Of a stretch of 64,000 nt of DNA, positions 38,702 to 47,557 are shown piece after piece. This stretch comes from an uncultured Acidobacteriota bacterium. Lineage in GTDB: Bacteria; Acidobacteriota; Terriglobia; UBA7540. The notes beneath the pieces are model-generated. The model did no database searches and was not told the origin of the DNA. It was given only the letters and a program-made list of their open reading frames with translations. The first letter of the stretch is position 1. Every line of letters begins with the position of its first letter. The stretch spans positions 122,458 to 186,457 of the forward strand of contig CAWELY010000011.1 of the NCBI GenBank assembly GCA_963810005.1, given 5' to 3'. A program made the translations under genes and the position numbers.

Positions 38702-38876
38702 GATTTCGTCATCTTGACATGAGGTCCTGCGCCCGTAAACCCCCTTGTGGAGTGTCGGCGCCGGTGGCCAGACATCTCTGGTACAAGCCCGGCGGCGGCG
38801 GTATAATGATGCGTCGCAATTTGTTGGGGTGATATTGAGACGGTCCATAAGCTTTTGGGGACGGCGCGCCGCCGGC

Positions 38877-38961
38877 GTAGCGCGGACCTGTTTTGTAGGT
38901 CCGCGGCTTGTTCCCTATGGGTAAGGAAATGCCGCGGACCTACAAAACTGGCCCGCGCTAC
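38877..38961. repeat. double-hairpin REP-like element, copy 2
   Basis: GTAGCGCGGACCTGTTTTGTAGGTCCGCGG..CCGCGGACCTACAAAACTGGCCCGCGCTAC. Confidence 0.8.
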
Positions 38962-39041
38962 GTTTTCAAGCAGCGGGTAGATTTGCACCGCGAGAGGGAT
39001 TTCCGAGGAAAACTGAGAGCATCAACAACGAGGAGGATGAA

Positions 39042-39570
39042 ATGAAAAAATTCGCAATCGGATGTGCTGAGTGTGCTGACGGTGGCCTGCTTCGCGGCCG
39101 CGGTCTTTTGCGCAGGCTGGCCCCCGAGGCACATCGAGTTTGACCCTCAAGGGGAAAACGGTTTCGGTTGAGTACGGACGGCCCTCACTAAGGGGACGCA
39201 CCACGGATGCAGCTGCTCGGCAGCTTGCCGGCCGGAGGCTTTTGGCGGTTGGGCTCTAATACTTCCACAACTTTCAAGACCGAGATCGACCTGGCCTTTG
39301 GCGACGTTACTGTCCCGGCCGGGAGAATATAGCCTCTGGATGCAGAGGCAAAGTGACAATTCCTGGAAGCTCGTTTTCAATAAGCAGCACGGCCAGTGGG
39401 GCACTCAGCATGACGCAGCACAGGATTTGACCTCAGCACCTTTGAAAGAATCCAAGGCGGCTAAGTCCGTGGAGATGGTAACTCTAACCCTCAGTAAAGC
39501 GGGCGGCGGTGGGACCCTCACGATCCAGTGGGGCACGCTGGAAGCGGCCGCCAGCTTCACAGCGAAATAA
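39042..39570 (+). pseudogene. DUF2911-like secreted protein, several frameshifts
   Basis: AGGAGG precedes the ATG at 39042. The C-terminal intact piece GEYSLWMQRQSDNSWKLVFNKQHGQWGTQHDAAQDLTSAPLKE..VEMVTLTL resembles DUF2911 as I recall it. N-terminal signal and strands are in other frames. Confidence 0.5.
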
Positions 39571-39577
39571 GAAGCAG

Positions 39578-39778
39578 GTCCGGAGTCCGGTGTCCGAAGT
39601 TCGAAGTCCGGACGTTGCGATTCATTGCCGCTCAGGCGCTGAGACGGGGAATAGGTGTCAGGTATCAGGTGTCAGGTGTCAGGTGTCAGGTGTCAGGGTT
39701 TTACTGGTACCTGACACCTGACACCTTATTGGACTTCGGACTCCGGGACTCCGGACTTCGGACTCCGGACTTCCATTC
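39578..39778. repeat. nested two-family heptamer word hairpin (outer CCGGAGT words, inner GTGTCAG words)
   Basis: The outer arms are GTCCGGAGTCCGGTGTCCGAAGTTCGAAGTCCGGAC and GGACTTCGGACTCCGGGACTCCGGACTTCGGACTCCGGACTTCC. The inner arms are GGTGTCAGGTATCAGGTGTCAGGTGTCAGGTGTCAGGTGTCAGG and CCTGACACCTGACACC. Confidence 0.75.
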
Positions 39779-39790
39779 CAGGGGACATCC

Positions 39791-40835
39791 ATGCGGACGC
39801 GACTATTGGGACGTACGGGTTTAAAAGTTTCGGAAATTTGTTTAGGCACGATGACGTTTGGAAGCTTGCACGGCGGGCGGAGCGCTCCGGGCTGCGATGA
39901 AAAGGAATCACTGGCGATTCTGAATGCCTACCTCGAGCAGGGGGGCAATTTTCATTGATACCGCCGACGGTTACGCCGAGGGCCGTTCCGAGGAAATCCT
40001 GGGAAGAGGATTGAAGGGCCGTCGCGATGACGTGGTGCTGGCCACCAAGGTTTTCTTCCCCGCCGGCGCGGGAGCGAACCGCAAAGGGCTTTCCCGCAAG
40101 CACATTTTCGAGGGGGTTGAGGCGAGCCTGCGGCGCTTGCAAACCGATTACCTCGACCTGTATCAGGTGCATTGCTTTGATTCGCACACGCCGCTGGAAG
40201 AGACCCTTTCAGCGCTCGATGCGCTGGTGAGGCAAGGCAAGGTTCGTTACCTCGGGTGCTCGAATTTTTGCGCCTGGCAATTGGCCAAAGCGCTCGGAGT
40301 GTCGGCGCTGCACGGTTATGCCCGCTTCGATTGCCTCCAGCCGCAGTACAGCTTGGTGTGCCGGCCGATCGAGCGCGAGATTCTGCCGCTCTGCCGCGCC
40401 GAAGGCGTTGGGGTCATTGCCTGGAGCCCCTTGGGCGGTGGCTTTCTGAGCGGAAAATATCGCTCCGGGGAGGGCGCACCGCCGGCGTCGCGTCTGGCGG
40501 ACTCTGATCCCTCCATGCGCTTTTTGGTGGAGCGGCTTTTCACCGAACGGAATTACCAAATCCTGCGCGCCGTGGAAGAGGCGTCTGTTCGTTTGGGAAA
40601 AACCCTCAGCCAGGTGGCCCTCGCGTGGCTGCTGGCCATGCCCGGTGTTACCTCCGCAATTATCGGAGCGCGCAATCTGGCGCAGCTTCACGAGAATATG
40701 GGAGCGGGCGGTTGGGATTTCCCTCCGGAAGAATGGAAAAAGCTCGATGACGCGAGCGCACTGCCGGTTGAGTATCCGCAGGATTTTCAGGCTTGGGTGG
40801 AGCCGCTGATTCACGGAGACTTGGGCGGGCATTGA
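39791..40835 (+). pseudogene. aldo/keto reductase, single frameshift in a T-run at 39949-39952
   Basis: [35 protein letters not shown] then a stop. Removing one T joins it to ORF 39924-40835 ([17 protein letters not shown]..., LYQVHCFD, GARN..QL). Confidence 0.85.
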
Positions 40836-40891
40836 GCCCATGCTTTGCGGTTCTGTCTGATTTCATGTAAGCTCAGTTTCGGGAGATCAGT

Positions 40892-41092
40892 ATGAGGCAA
40901 CCCGTAAGGATTACGACGGACTTTCCCTCCGTGGAAGAAATGGCCCGGGTTGTGGGAGTGCCCCAAGCGCGCGCGAAGGAACTGGTGGAGCTTGCCAGGA
41001 TGAGCCGCGTGGGATCAAGACGCTCTCCGCAGGGTCCTGCGGCAAGAAAGGGTGCTACTCGACGTGCCCGATCACGTGGTCGCAGATCCTAA
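40892..41092 (+). CDS. small basic-tailed hypothetical protein
   Basis: 66-aa ORF. The N-terminal part FPSVEEMARVVGVPQARAKELVELAR looks helix-turn-helix-like, and the Arg-rich tail overlaps the next ORF. No family recognised. Confidence 0.3.
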   Translation: MRQPVRITTDFPSVEEMARVVGVPQARAKELVELARMSRVGSRRSPQGPAARKGATRRARSRGRRS

Positions 41093-41703
41093 TCCGACAG
41101 CTCTCGGCCTGCCCGGTGCCTTCCTAAACATACCGTACGACAGCGCCTTTCAAAGTCTGTATTTGGCATACATCGCGGGGATTACCGCTTTCGGCTTGGC
41201 GCCACGAGCGACGTTAGAGATCCCAGGCGGTGCCCGTCGCCTGGACAGAGTCTTTGATCTCATCAAAAGCTGCCGTTATTCCTTTCACGACCTCTCACGG
41301 GTTGAGTTGGACGTGCGGCGGCCCGTCACACCCCGCTTCAATATGCCTTTTGAACTCGGCCTCGCGGTGGCTTGGGACAAGCTGAATGCCGGCCGGCACG
41401 TCTGGTTCGTGCTAGAGGCCAAAAGCCGGAGAGTACAAAAGTCCTTGAGCGACCTGGGGGGGGACGGACGCCTATATTCATGGTGGAAAGCCCCAAGGTG
41501 TTTTTCGCGAGCTTTGTAATTGCCTTGTCCGGACGGAGCGCCAGCCAACAGTGCAGCAAATGGCCGGCATTTATCGAGGGCTTGTCGAAGTCATACCCGA
41601 AATCAAAAGACGCGCCGGAGCCAAATCCGCGTTCGAGGCGCGCGTGTTCGCCGATCTGATTGTCACTTCACTCGCCCTTGCAGATCGCGGTTTGGTTCGG
41701 TAA
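41052..41703 (+). pseudogene. hypothetical protein with a TIR-like / nucleoside 2-deoxyribosyltransferase-like signature, frameshift in a G8 run (41456-41463)
   Basis: FLNIPYDSAFQSLYLAYIAGITAFGLAPRATLE..RLDRVFDLIKSCRYSFHDLSR..PRFNMPFELGLAVA fits the flavodoxin-fold pattern as I recall it. The C-terminal half continues in another frame to the TAA at 41701-41703. The start codon is uncertain (GTG candidates). Confidence 0.4.
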
Positions 41704-41824
41704 GGATGCGTTTCATCCCATGCCTAAACCTTTTGTTTCATAACCCATAAACTTTTGGAACTTTTGTTCAGCGAGAGGTGTCACTATTTCTGTAAGACTA
41801 TCTTAGGAGGTTTCATTTAATCCC

Positions 41825-41941
41825 ATGGTCATCATTGCACTGTTCGGTGGTCTCGTTGTCGGTGGAGCGCTTTTTGCTGTGCTCAAGAATAGTGGTAGTA
41901 AAGCGTCGGATAGTAAGTACACGAAGTTGAACATTGGGTAG
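41825..41941 (+). CDS. 38-aa single-TM peptide candidate
   Basis: AGGAGG at 41806-41811, ATG at 41825. The peptide is MVIIALFGGLVVGGALFAVLKNSGSKASDSKYTKLNIG*. It lies in a low-GC patch, is below the ORF-track size cutoff, and is unsupported by homology. Confidence 0.25.
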   Translation: MVIIALFGGLVVGGALFAVLKNSGSKASDSKYTKLNIG

Positions 41942-42518
41942 TCACGTTTTCCGGCCCAATCCATCCAGTCCCCAGTAAACCAAACCTTTTCCATGTGCTC
42001 AGGAAAGGATGTTGTGGGAACAAGGGTGAAGTGTTGCTGCTCGCGGGCGCCGCACCGGATGCGGCTTTTGCGGGACTGCCCATTCGCGCCAAGGGCGCGC
42101 GGCATGAAAGTGAAAGCCGATCCCTCGAACATAGCGCGGGCGTCTCGCCCGCGGTGGCGCGGGCATCCTGCCCGTAGGCGCTAAGAAAACGGTTCGAGAC
42201 TCCCCTGAAGCCCGCGAAGCGGGTGCTGTCATTTTGGCCCACGGCGAGCCAGCCGTGGGAAAGAACGTAAGAGGAAGGAGTCCCGAGCCCCGCCAGGGGC
42301 GACATCGGGTCATCGTTCGAACGGCGCCCGCGAGCGCGCTCGGGCTATGTTCTTGCCTGACCATGCCCGAATGCCGCCCCTACCGGGGCTAGCGAGTCTT
42401 GTATGCCATCCGCATCCCACGGCTGGCTCGCCATGGGCTAAATGACCTCGCCCGCTACGCGGGCTGGCTGCCGACGGTGCTTATCTTAACGCTTATGGGC
42501 ATCCTGCCCGTGCGTTCC

Positions 42519-43919
42519 TTAGTAGAAGCGAATCTCGTCGATGTCGAGGGTGAAGTCTCCCGGCGGGCCGTCGACGCGGAATTCCAAAACCAGGGGACTT
42601 TTGTGAGATGAGGGATTGGGGGCGGCAAGCCATGCTGCCGGCAAGCGAACGCTTTGCCATTGGGAGTCAGGGATAAAAGTGAGAGTGGGTACGGGCAGGG
42701 TGGGATCGGGTGGAGTGATCTTGACCAGGAAAAGGCGGCTATCGCCGCGCACTTCCAACTGAACGCCGCGCAACTTTGGACTACCCTCGGGGAGAGTGAA
42801 AGGGTAGCGGGCGGTGACGGATCCGCGCTCCGAGCCGGCAGCGGACTCGACGCGCCCTTTGAAGCGCAGCGCGTGCCGTGTGCCGTCGGCGCCGGGCGAT
42901 ATCACTTCGAATTCGCCGAGGGAACGGCCGGGAGCATTCGCCTCCGTCGCGACCTGCCAGCTTTTGAGAATTTCCTCGGACTCCTCCCGACCTTCGAAGT
43001 CATTCAGCAAGATGCTATCGCCAGGGGAAATATGTTGCCCTTCCGCGAGAGGTGGATTGCTGGTGAGCGAGAAGGTTTCCTCCCACGTCGCGGCAAGGTT
43101 TCCGCGCTCATTCATCCAAATCCCCATGACCAGAAATGGCACAATAAAACTAATGGAGACTAACTTGGCGCGGGGGGAGATTTTCTCCTCTTTTTCCCAG
43201 CGGAAGAGTTTCCAGGCAAAAAGCAGGCCGAAGGTCCCGGAGATGAGAAGCACCAGCATTTCCGCCCGGTGGTCGAACAGCGACTGACCACTTACCATGA
43301 TGGCTTGAATCGAGCTGACCAGATAGGTGGCGGGCAAGAAGGCGGCGAAGCGCTGGATCCAGTGGGGCAACATCGGTAACGGCACGGTGACCCCGGAGAG
43401 AAAGACCAGGGTGAACCAAACGACGTTGTTGTAAACCTGCGCCTCCTGCATGGTGTTGGCCACGCTGGCAATGGTGAGTCCAAATCCGGCGAAGGCGAAG
43501 GTGCCGACAGTGACCAGGACGAGGAGCGTAAGCGGGGAGACATTGAGCGGCATGTGGAAGAATACCCGGGCGCAGAAAACCAGCATGGCGAGGGTGGGAA
43601 GCTCGAGCAGGTAGTTTGCCAGCAGACTACTGAATACCATCGATCCGGGGCCGATGGGGGCCAGACGGTAGCGGCGCAGGCTGCCACGCTCGCGCTGCAT
43701 CACCGATTGCAAACCCAGCCCCCAGAAGCTGCTCCCCATGATTTGGAGGGTCACTACCGGCCCGAAAAAGTAAACCACCACCCCCGGATTGCCGCGCGCA
43801 AAAATGCCCGAGTAAACAAAAAGGAAAATGATGGGAAAGAGGAAGGTGAAGAAAAGCGCGACCTTCGTGCGCATCACCAGCTTGATCGACATCAGCGCGA
43901 TTCGAATCGAGGGCAGCAT
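42519..43919 (-). CDS. ABC-2 type transporter permease with a ~190-aa C-terminal beta-sandwich-like extracytoplasmic domain
   Basis: 466-aa intact ORF. Six TM segments of ABC-2 type occupy the first ~270 aa, followed by a soluble tail ending LVLEFRVDGPPGDFTLDIDEIRFY, which is CIA30/CBM-like by eye. Confidence 0.75.
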   Translation of the reverse strand: MLPSIRIALMSIKLVMRTKVALFFTFLFPIIFLFVYSGIFARGNPGVVVYFFGPVVTLQIMGSSFWGLGLQSVMQRERGSLRRYRLAPIGPGSMVFSSLLANYLLELPTLAMLVFCARVFFHMPLNVSPLTLLVLVTVGTFAFAGFGLTIASVANTMQEAQVYNNVVWFTLVFLSGVTVPLPMLPHWIQRFAAFLPATYLVSSIQAIMVSGQSLFDHRAEMLVLLISGTFGLLFAWKLFRWEKEEKISPRAKLVSISFIVPFLVMGIWMNERGNLAATWEETFSLTSNPPLAEGQHISPGDSILLNDFEGREESEEILKSWQVATEANAPGRSLGEFEVISPGADGTRHALRFKGRVESAAGSERGSVTARYPFTLPEGSPKLRGVQLEVRGDSRLFLVKITPPDPTLPVPTLTFIPDSQWQSVRLPAAWLAAPNPSSHKSPLVLEFRVDGPPGDFTLDIDEIRFY

Positions 43920-43924
43920 AGTAC

Positions 43925-44125
43925 CAGTCGCTCAGTCCGGAGTCCGGCGTCCGGAGTCGGGAAAATAACAACAGGCCTTACTTATCGCATGTCTTATAAA
44001 TCTCCCGAACGAGTTCACGCGCTTTCCCCCAAGCTTGAAGATCCTCAAAGCGTCGTATGGTTGCCATGTTCTTTCGACTCCGGACCCCGGACTCCGGACC
44101 CCGAACTCCAGACAGCAGACTCGGA
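43925..44125. repeat. CCGGAGT-word inverted arms inside the ABC operon spacer
   Basis: GTCCGGAGTCCGGCGTCCGGAGTCGGG at 43925-43951 and GACTCCGGACCCCGGACTCCGGACCCCGAACTCC at 44085-44118, flanking ~130 nt of lower-GC sequence. Confidence 0.6.
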
Positions 44126-44133
44126 CGGTTACT

Positions 44134-45066
44134 TCACTCCTCGATTCGCCCCCCGGTCATTTCCACGAACACATCTTCCAGGGTCGGCTGAGCGATGTGG
44201 AGGTCGAGCAAGGAGTTGCCTTCTGCCTCCAGAAAGCGCACCAGGGCCGCTACGGCAACTGCGGTCGGTTGCGCGTGGAGAAAATACCTGCCATCAACCT
44301 CGAGGCAATCGACCACGGCGTCGAGCTGGATCAAACGGTCGGGTGAAACGGGCTTGGCAAGGGACACCTCGATGCGCGTGCCTTTGCCGGAGCGGAGCAC
44401 CAACTCGCGTGGCGTCCCCAAGGCGATCAGTTGACCGTGGGCGATGATGGCGACGCGGTCGCACAGGCGCTCGGCCTCCTCGATATAGTGAGTCGTCAGC
44501 AAGGTGGTGCGGCGCTCTTCGCGGAAGCGTTCGATGAGGGCGTAGATGTCGCGGCGCAGTTGGGCATCAAGGCCCACCGTGGGTTCGTCGAGCAATACGA
44601 GTTCAGGGTTATTCACCATGGCCAGCGCCAAAGCCAGTCGCTGCTTCTGCCCGCCGGAAAGCTTTTCAAAAAACGTCCGCCGCTTTTCCGCCAGGCCAAA
44701 TCGCTCCAGCAGCATTTCAATGGAGGCCGACTCGAGGTAAAAGCTGGCGAACAAGTCAAGGGCTTCTTCCACTCGAATCTTGTCCGGCAGCACCGTGGCC
44801 TGGAGTTGCGCGCCAATGCGCTCCTTGAGCGCAGATTGCTCGCGCCCAGGGTCCATGCCGCACACCGTTACCGTGCCGCCGTCCGGCTGGCGCAGACCTT
44901 CCAGGATTTCAATGGTGGTGGTTTTCCCCGCGCCGTTGGGCCCCAGCAAGCCAAAAACTTCGCCGGCCTTGATCTCAAAGGTGATCCCCCGCAGGGCCTC
45001 AAGGTCGCCATAACGCTTGCGCAAGCCTTCCACGCGCACCACCACGGAGTTGGGGTCATTCGCCAT
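44134..45066 (-). CDS. ABC transporter ATP-binding protein (ABC-2/DrrA-type)
   Basis: 310-aa intact ORF with Walker A GPNGAGKTT, signature LSGGQKQR, Walker B LVLLDEP and the H-loop TTHY. Confidence 0.9.
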   Translation of the reverse strand: MANDPNSVVVRVEGLRKRYGDLEALRGITFEIKAGEVFGLLGPNGAGKTTTIEILEGLRQPDGGTVTVCGMDPGREQSALKERIGAQLQATVLPDKIRVEEALDLFASFYLESASIEMLLERFGLAEKRRTFFEKLSGGQKQRLALALAMVNNPELVLLDEPTVGLDAQLRRDIYALIERFREERRTTLLTTHYIEEAERLCDRVAIIAHGQLIALGTPRELVLRSGKGTRIEVSLAKPVSPDRLIQLDAVVDCLEVDGRYFLHAQPTAVAVAALVRFLEAEGNSLLDLHIAQPTLEDVFVEMTGGRIEE

Positions 45067-45291
45067 GATGTGAAGAGTTCATGATATCGGACAAGAATAC
45101 CCGAGGCAATCAGTATGAACGCCGAGATGACAATATGGCGCAGAGTTTGGCCCCCAATTTGTTGGGAGGAGATGAAAGTGTTATATTGCACTGTCATTTT
45201 ATTTCGGCTATTTAACCCGTTTGAAGGGGATACAGGGACGATTAACCCCTTTAACCCCTTGTCAAGCCGGTGAAAGGTTCTGGGGTGACCA

Positions 45292-46521
45292 ATGAAGATT
45301 TTGGTTTTGAATTGTGGCAGTTCTTCCATCAAGTTTCAGCTCATTGAAACCGACAGTGAGCTGATTGAGTCGAACACCGATCGGTGCATTGCCAAGGGAA
45401 GTGTGGATCGCATTGGGACGGACGAAGCGACCTTGAAGGTGTCGGTCCCGCCCAATCCAGCCCGGTCCACGACGGAAGAGATTCTCGACCACCAGACGGC
45501 ACTGACCCGGGCGATTGCGGTCCTGAAGGAATGCCACGCGGTCGCGGACATTTCGCAGATTCAGGCGGTAGGGCATCGGGTGGTGCACGGGGGTGAGCGC
45601 TTTTCTGCTTCGGTGGTCATTGACGAAGGGGTTGAGCAGGAAATCCAAAACTGCGTGGAGTTGGCCCCGCTGCACAATCCGCACAATTTGCGTGGCTATT
45701 ACGTGGCGCGCAAAGTGATGCCGCAGGTGCCGCAAGTGGCGGTATTCGATACGGCCTTCCACCAAACCATCCCGCCGCACGCTTATCTGTATGGATTGCC
45801 TTACTCCTACTACCGGCGCTACCACATCCGGCGTTATGGGTTCCACGGCACCTCCCACCGGTACGTGGCGTTTCGCTACCGAAAGATTTTCGGCAAAGCG
45901 CGCGACGAGGCCAACCTCATTACCACGCACTTAGGCAACGGCTGCTCGATCACGGCGATTGACAAAGGCCACTCGATTGACACCTCCATGGGATTCACAC
46001 CGCAGGAGGGCCTGGTGATGGGGACGCGCTGCGGCGACATTGATCCAGCCGCGCTTTTTTACATCATGTCGAAGGATGAATTGACCCTGCACGACATGTC
46101 CACGCTGCTCAATAAATTCTGCGGCCTCTATGGAATCTCCGGCGAGTCGAATGACATGCGCGAGCTGATGACGGCTTCCGCGAAGGGCGACGAGCAGGCG
46201 AAACTGGCGATCGAAGTCTTCTGCTATCGCATCAAGAAGTACATTGGCGCGTACAGCGCGGCACTGGGGCACGTGGATGGCGTGGTGTTTACCGGCGGCA
46301 TCGGGGAAAATTCCCCGGCCATCCGCGCCCTGGCGTGTGCGGGGCTCAGCCTACTGGGAATTGAGATTGACTCGGCTCGCAACGAGGCTATCGTGGGGAA
46401 GGAAGGCGAGATCTCCACCGCGGGCAGTCGCGTGCGGGTCATGGTGATTCCCACCAACGAGGAACTCCTGATCGCCCGCGACACTTTCCGTGCCGTGCGC
46501 GGCTTGCCGAATCCGCACTAA
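45292..46521 (+). CDS. ackA: acetate kinase
   Basis: 409-aa intact ORF. MKILVLNCGSSSIKFQL, then VGHRVVHGG, FDTAFHQTIP, GFHGTSH and VFTGGIGENS. Confidence 0.95.
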   Translation: MKILVLNCGSSSIKFQLIETDSELIESNTDRCIAKGSVDRIGTDEATLKVSVPPNPARSTTEEILDHQTALTRAIAVLKECHAVADISQIQAVGHRVVHGGERFSASVVIDEGVEQEIQNCVELAPLHNPHNLRGYYVARKVMPQVPQVAVFDTAFHQTIPPHAYLYGLPYSYYRRYHIRRYGFHGTSHRYVAFRYRKIFGKARDEANLITTHLGNGCSITAIDKGHSIDTSMGFTPQEGLVMGTRCGDIDPAALFYIMSKDELTLHDMSTLLNKFCGLYGISGESNDMRELMTASAKGDEQAKLAIEVFCYRIKKYIGAYSAALGHVDGVVFTGGIGENSPAIRALACAGLSLLGIEIDSARNEAIVGKEGEISTAGSRVRVMVIPTNEELLIARDTFRAVRGLPNPH

Positions 46522-47048
46522 GGAACAGCTTGGGTGTCAGGTGCAAGGGAAAAGCCATCCCCCTGGCACCTGAAACCCGCTTCTCCCGATCCAGCCGGAT
46601 CCCGCAAGAAGACGGGCTCACCTTTGGCGGAGCGGCATTCTCAATTTAGTTTGGTTCGAGGGGAAAGACGGCGGTTCCCGTCTCCCGTTTTCCGGCATCG
46701 ACGCTGAGAACAAACAGTTGCTTATTCAAATTGGCCGTCACGTGCCGGGATTTTGGCGCCGGCAAATACGCTCTTGCCTTGGCAAAAAGAGAATGCAGCG
46801 GGGCGGGCCGGGGGTTCCTTTTCGGACGGGAAGCTTTAATACTGCGCGCACCGAACTGGACGATTGCGGCGTGAGGTAGTACACTGCGCGCGGCGCTCGG
46901 GAATTTAGCATTTGGGATTTTGACTTGCCGGAGCGTGGTGGGGTGACCGCGGGGCGGCTCCCGAAAGCCCCGATGTCCGCCGTCAGGGCGAAGTCAGCCA
47001 GCGGCGATAATACTAGGATGTGTAAATAGTAAAAGGGTTATATTCCTG

Positions 47049-47249
47049 ATGAACATCGATGACTCCATCCTGCCGGAGCAGAGGAAGCCTTTGGCCGGCG
47101 CCTGCCACCATCAGTGGCAGAATCAGAAAGGTCCATACGTGGTGGCGCAGGTTTGCGAGGTTTGCAAGCTCTTCCGGTACAAAAGCAGCGTCACGGCGGA
47201 TTGGGAATATCGCGCGCCCATTCCCTTCGGGCGCGTGCCGGCGGAATGA
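47049..47249 (+). CDS. small Cys/His-containing hypothetical protein
   Basis: 66-aa ORF with C-HH..CxxC spacing (GACHHQWQ...VCEVCKLF). There is no clear RBS and no family is recognised. Confidence 0.25.
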   Translation: MNIDDSILPEQRKPLAGACHHQWQNQKGPYVVAQVCEVCKLFRYKSSVTADWEYRAPIPFGRVPAE

Positions 47250-47557
47250 GGCGCTACGAAACCCGTGATTGGGGGGTTGGGGATGGGGAATTGGGGCGAA
47301 AACCGAAGCCCGAGTCCCGCATCCCAGGTTTGGGGCTTGCCCGCTTGCCGCTCTCGAAGTAAACTTTGAGACGCGGTATGTTCGTCAATGCGGTCGGCGA
47401 CCGTAAGAGGAAAGCTCACCATCGTCATAGAGTTGAACCCTGGGCCACGGCGTGCAAGTGGCTCTTAGATCACAGCCGTACCAGGGCGGAGCAAGTCGAT
47501 ATTCTTCTTGCCAGCTCGTGGTATACTTTGGCAAAGATGAATGTCGACGGGAGCGAC

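Noticed and set aside
41883-42520. ORFs 41883-42305 and 41999-42364 (minus) and neighbouring small ORFs
   Set aside because: The region is composed of GC-rich dispersed-repeat-like sequence (GGGCATCCTGCCCGT half-sites and similar) with no coding signal. The peptides resemble the spurious ORFs produced by such repeats.
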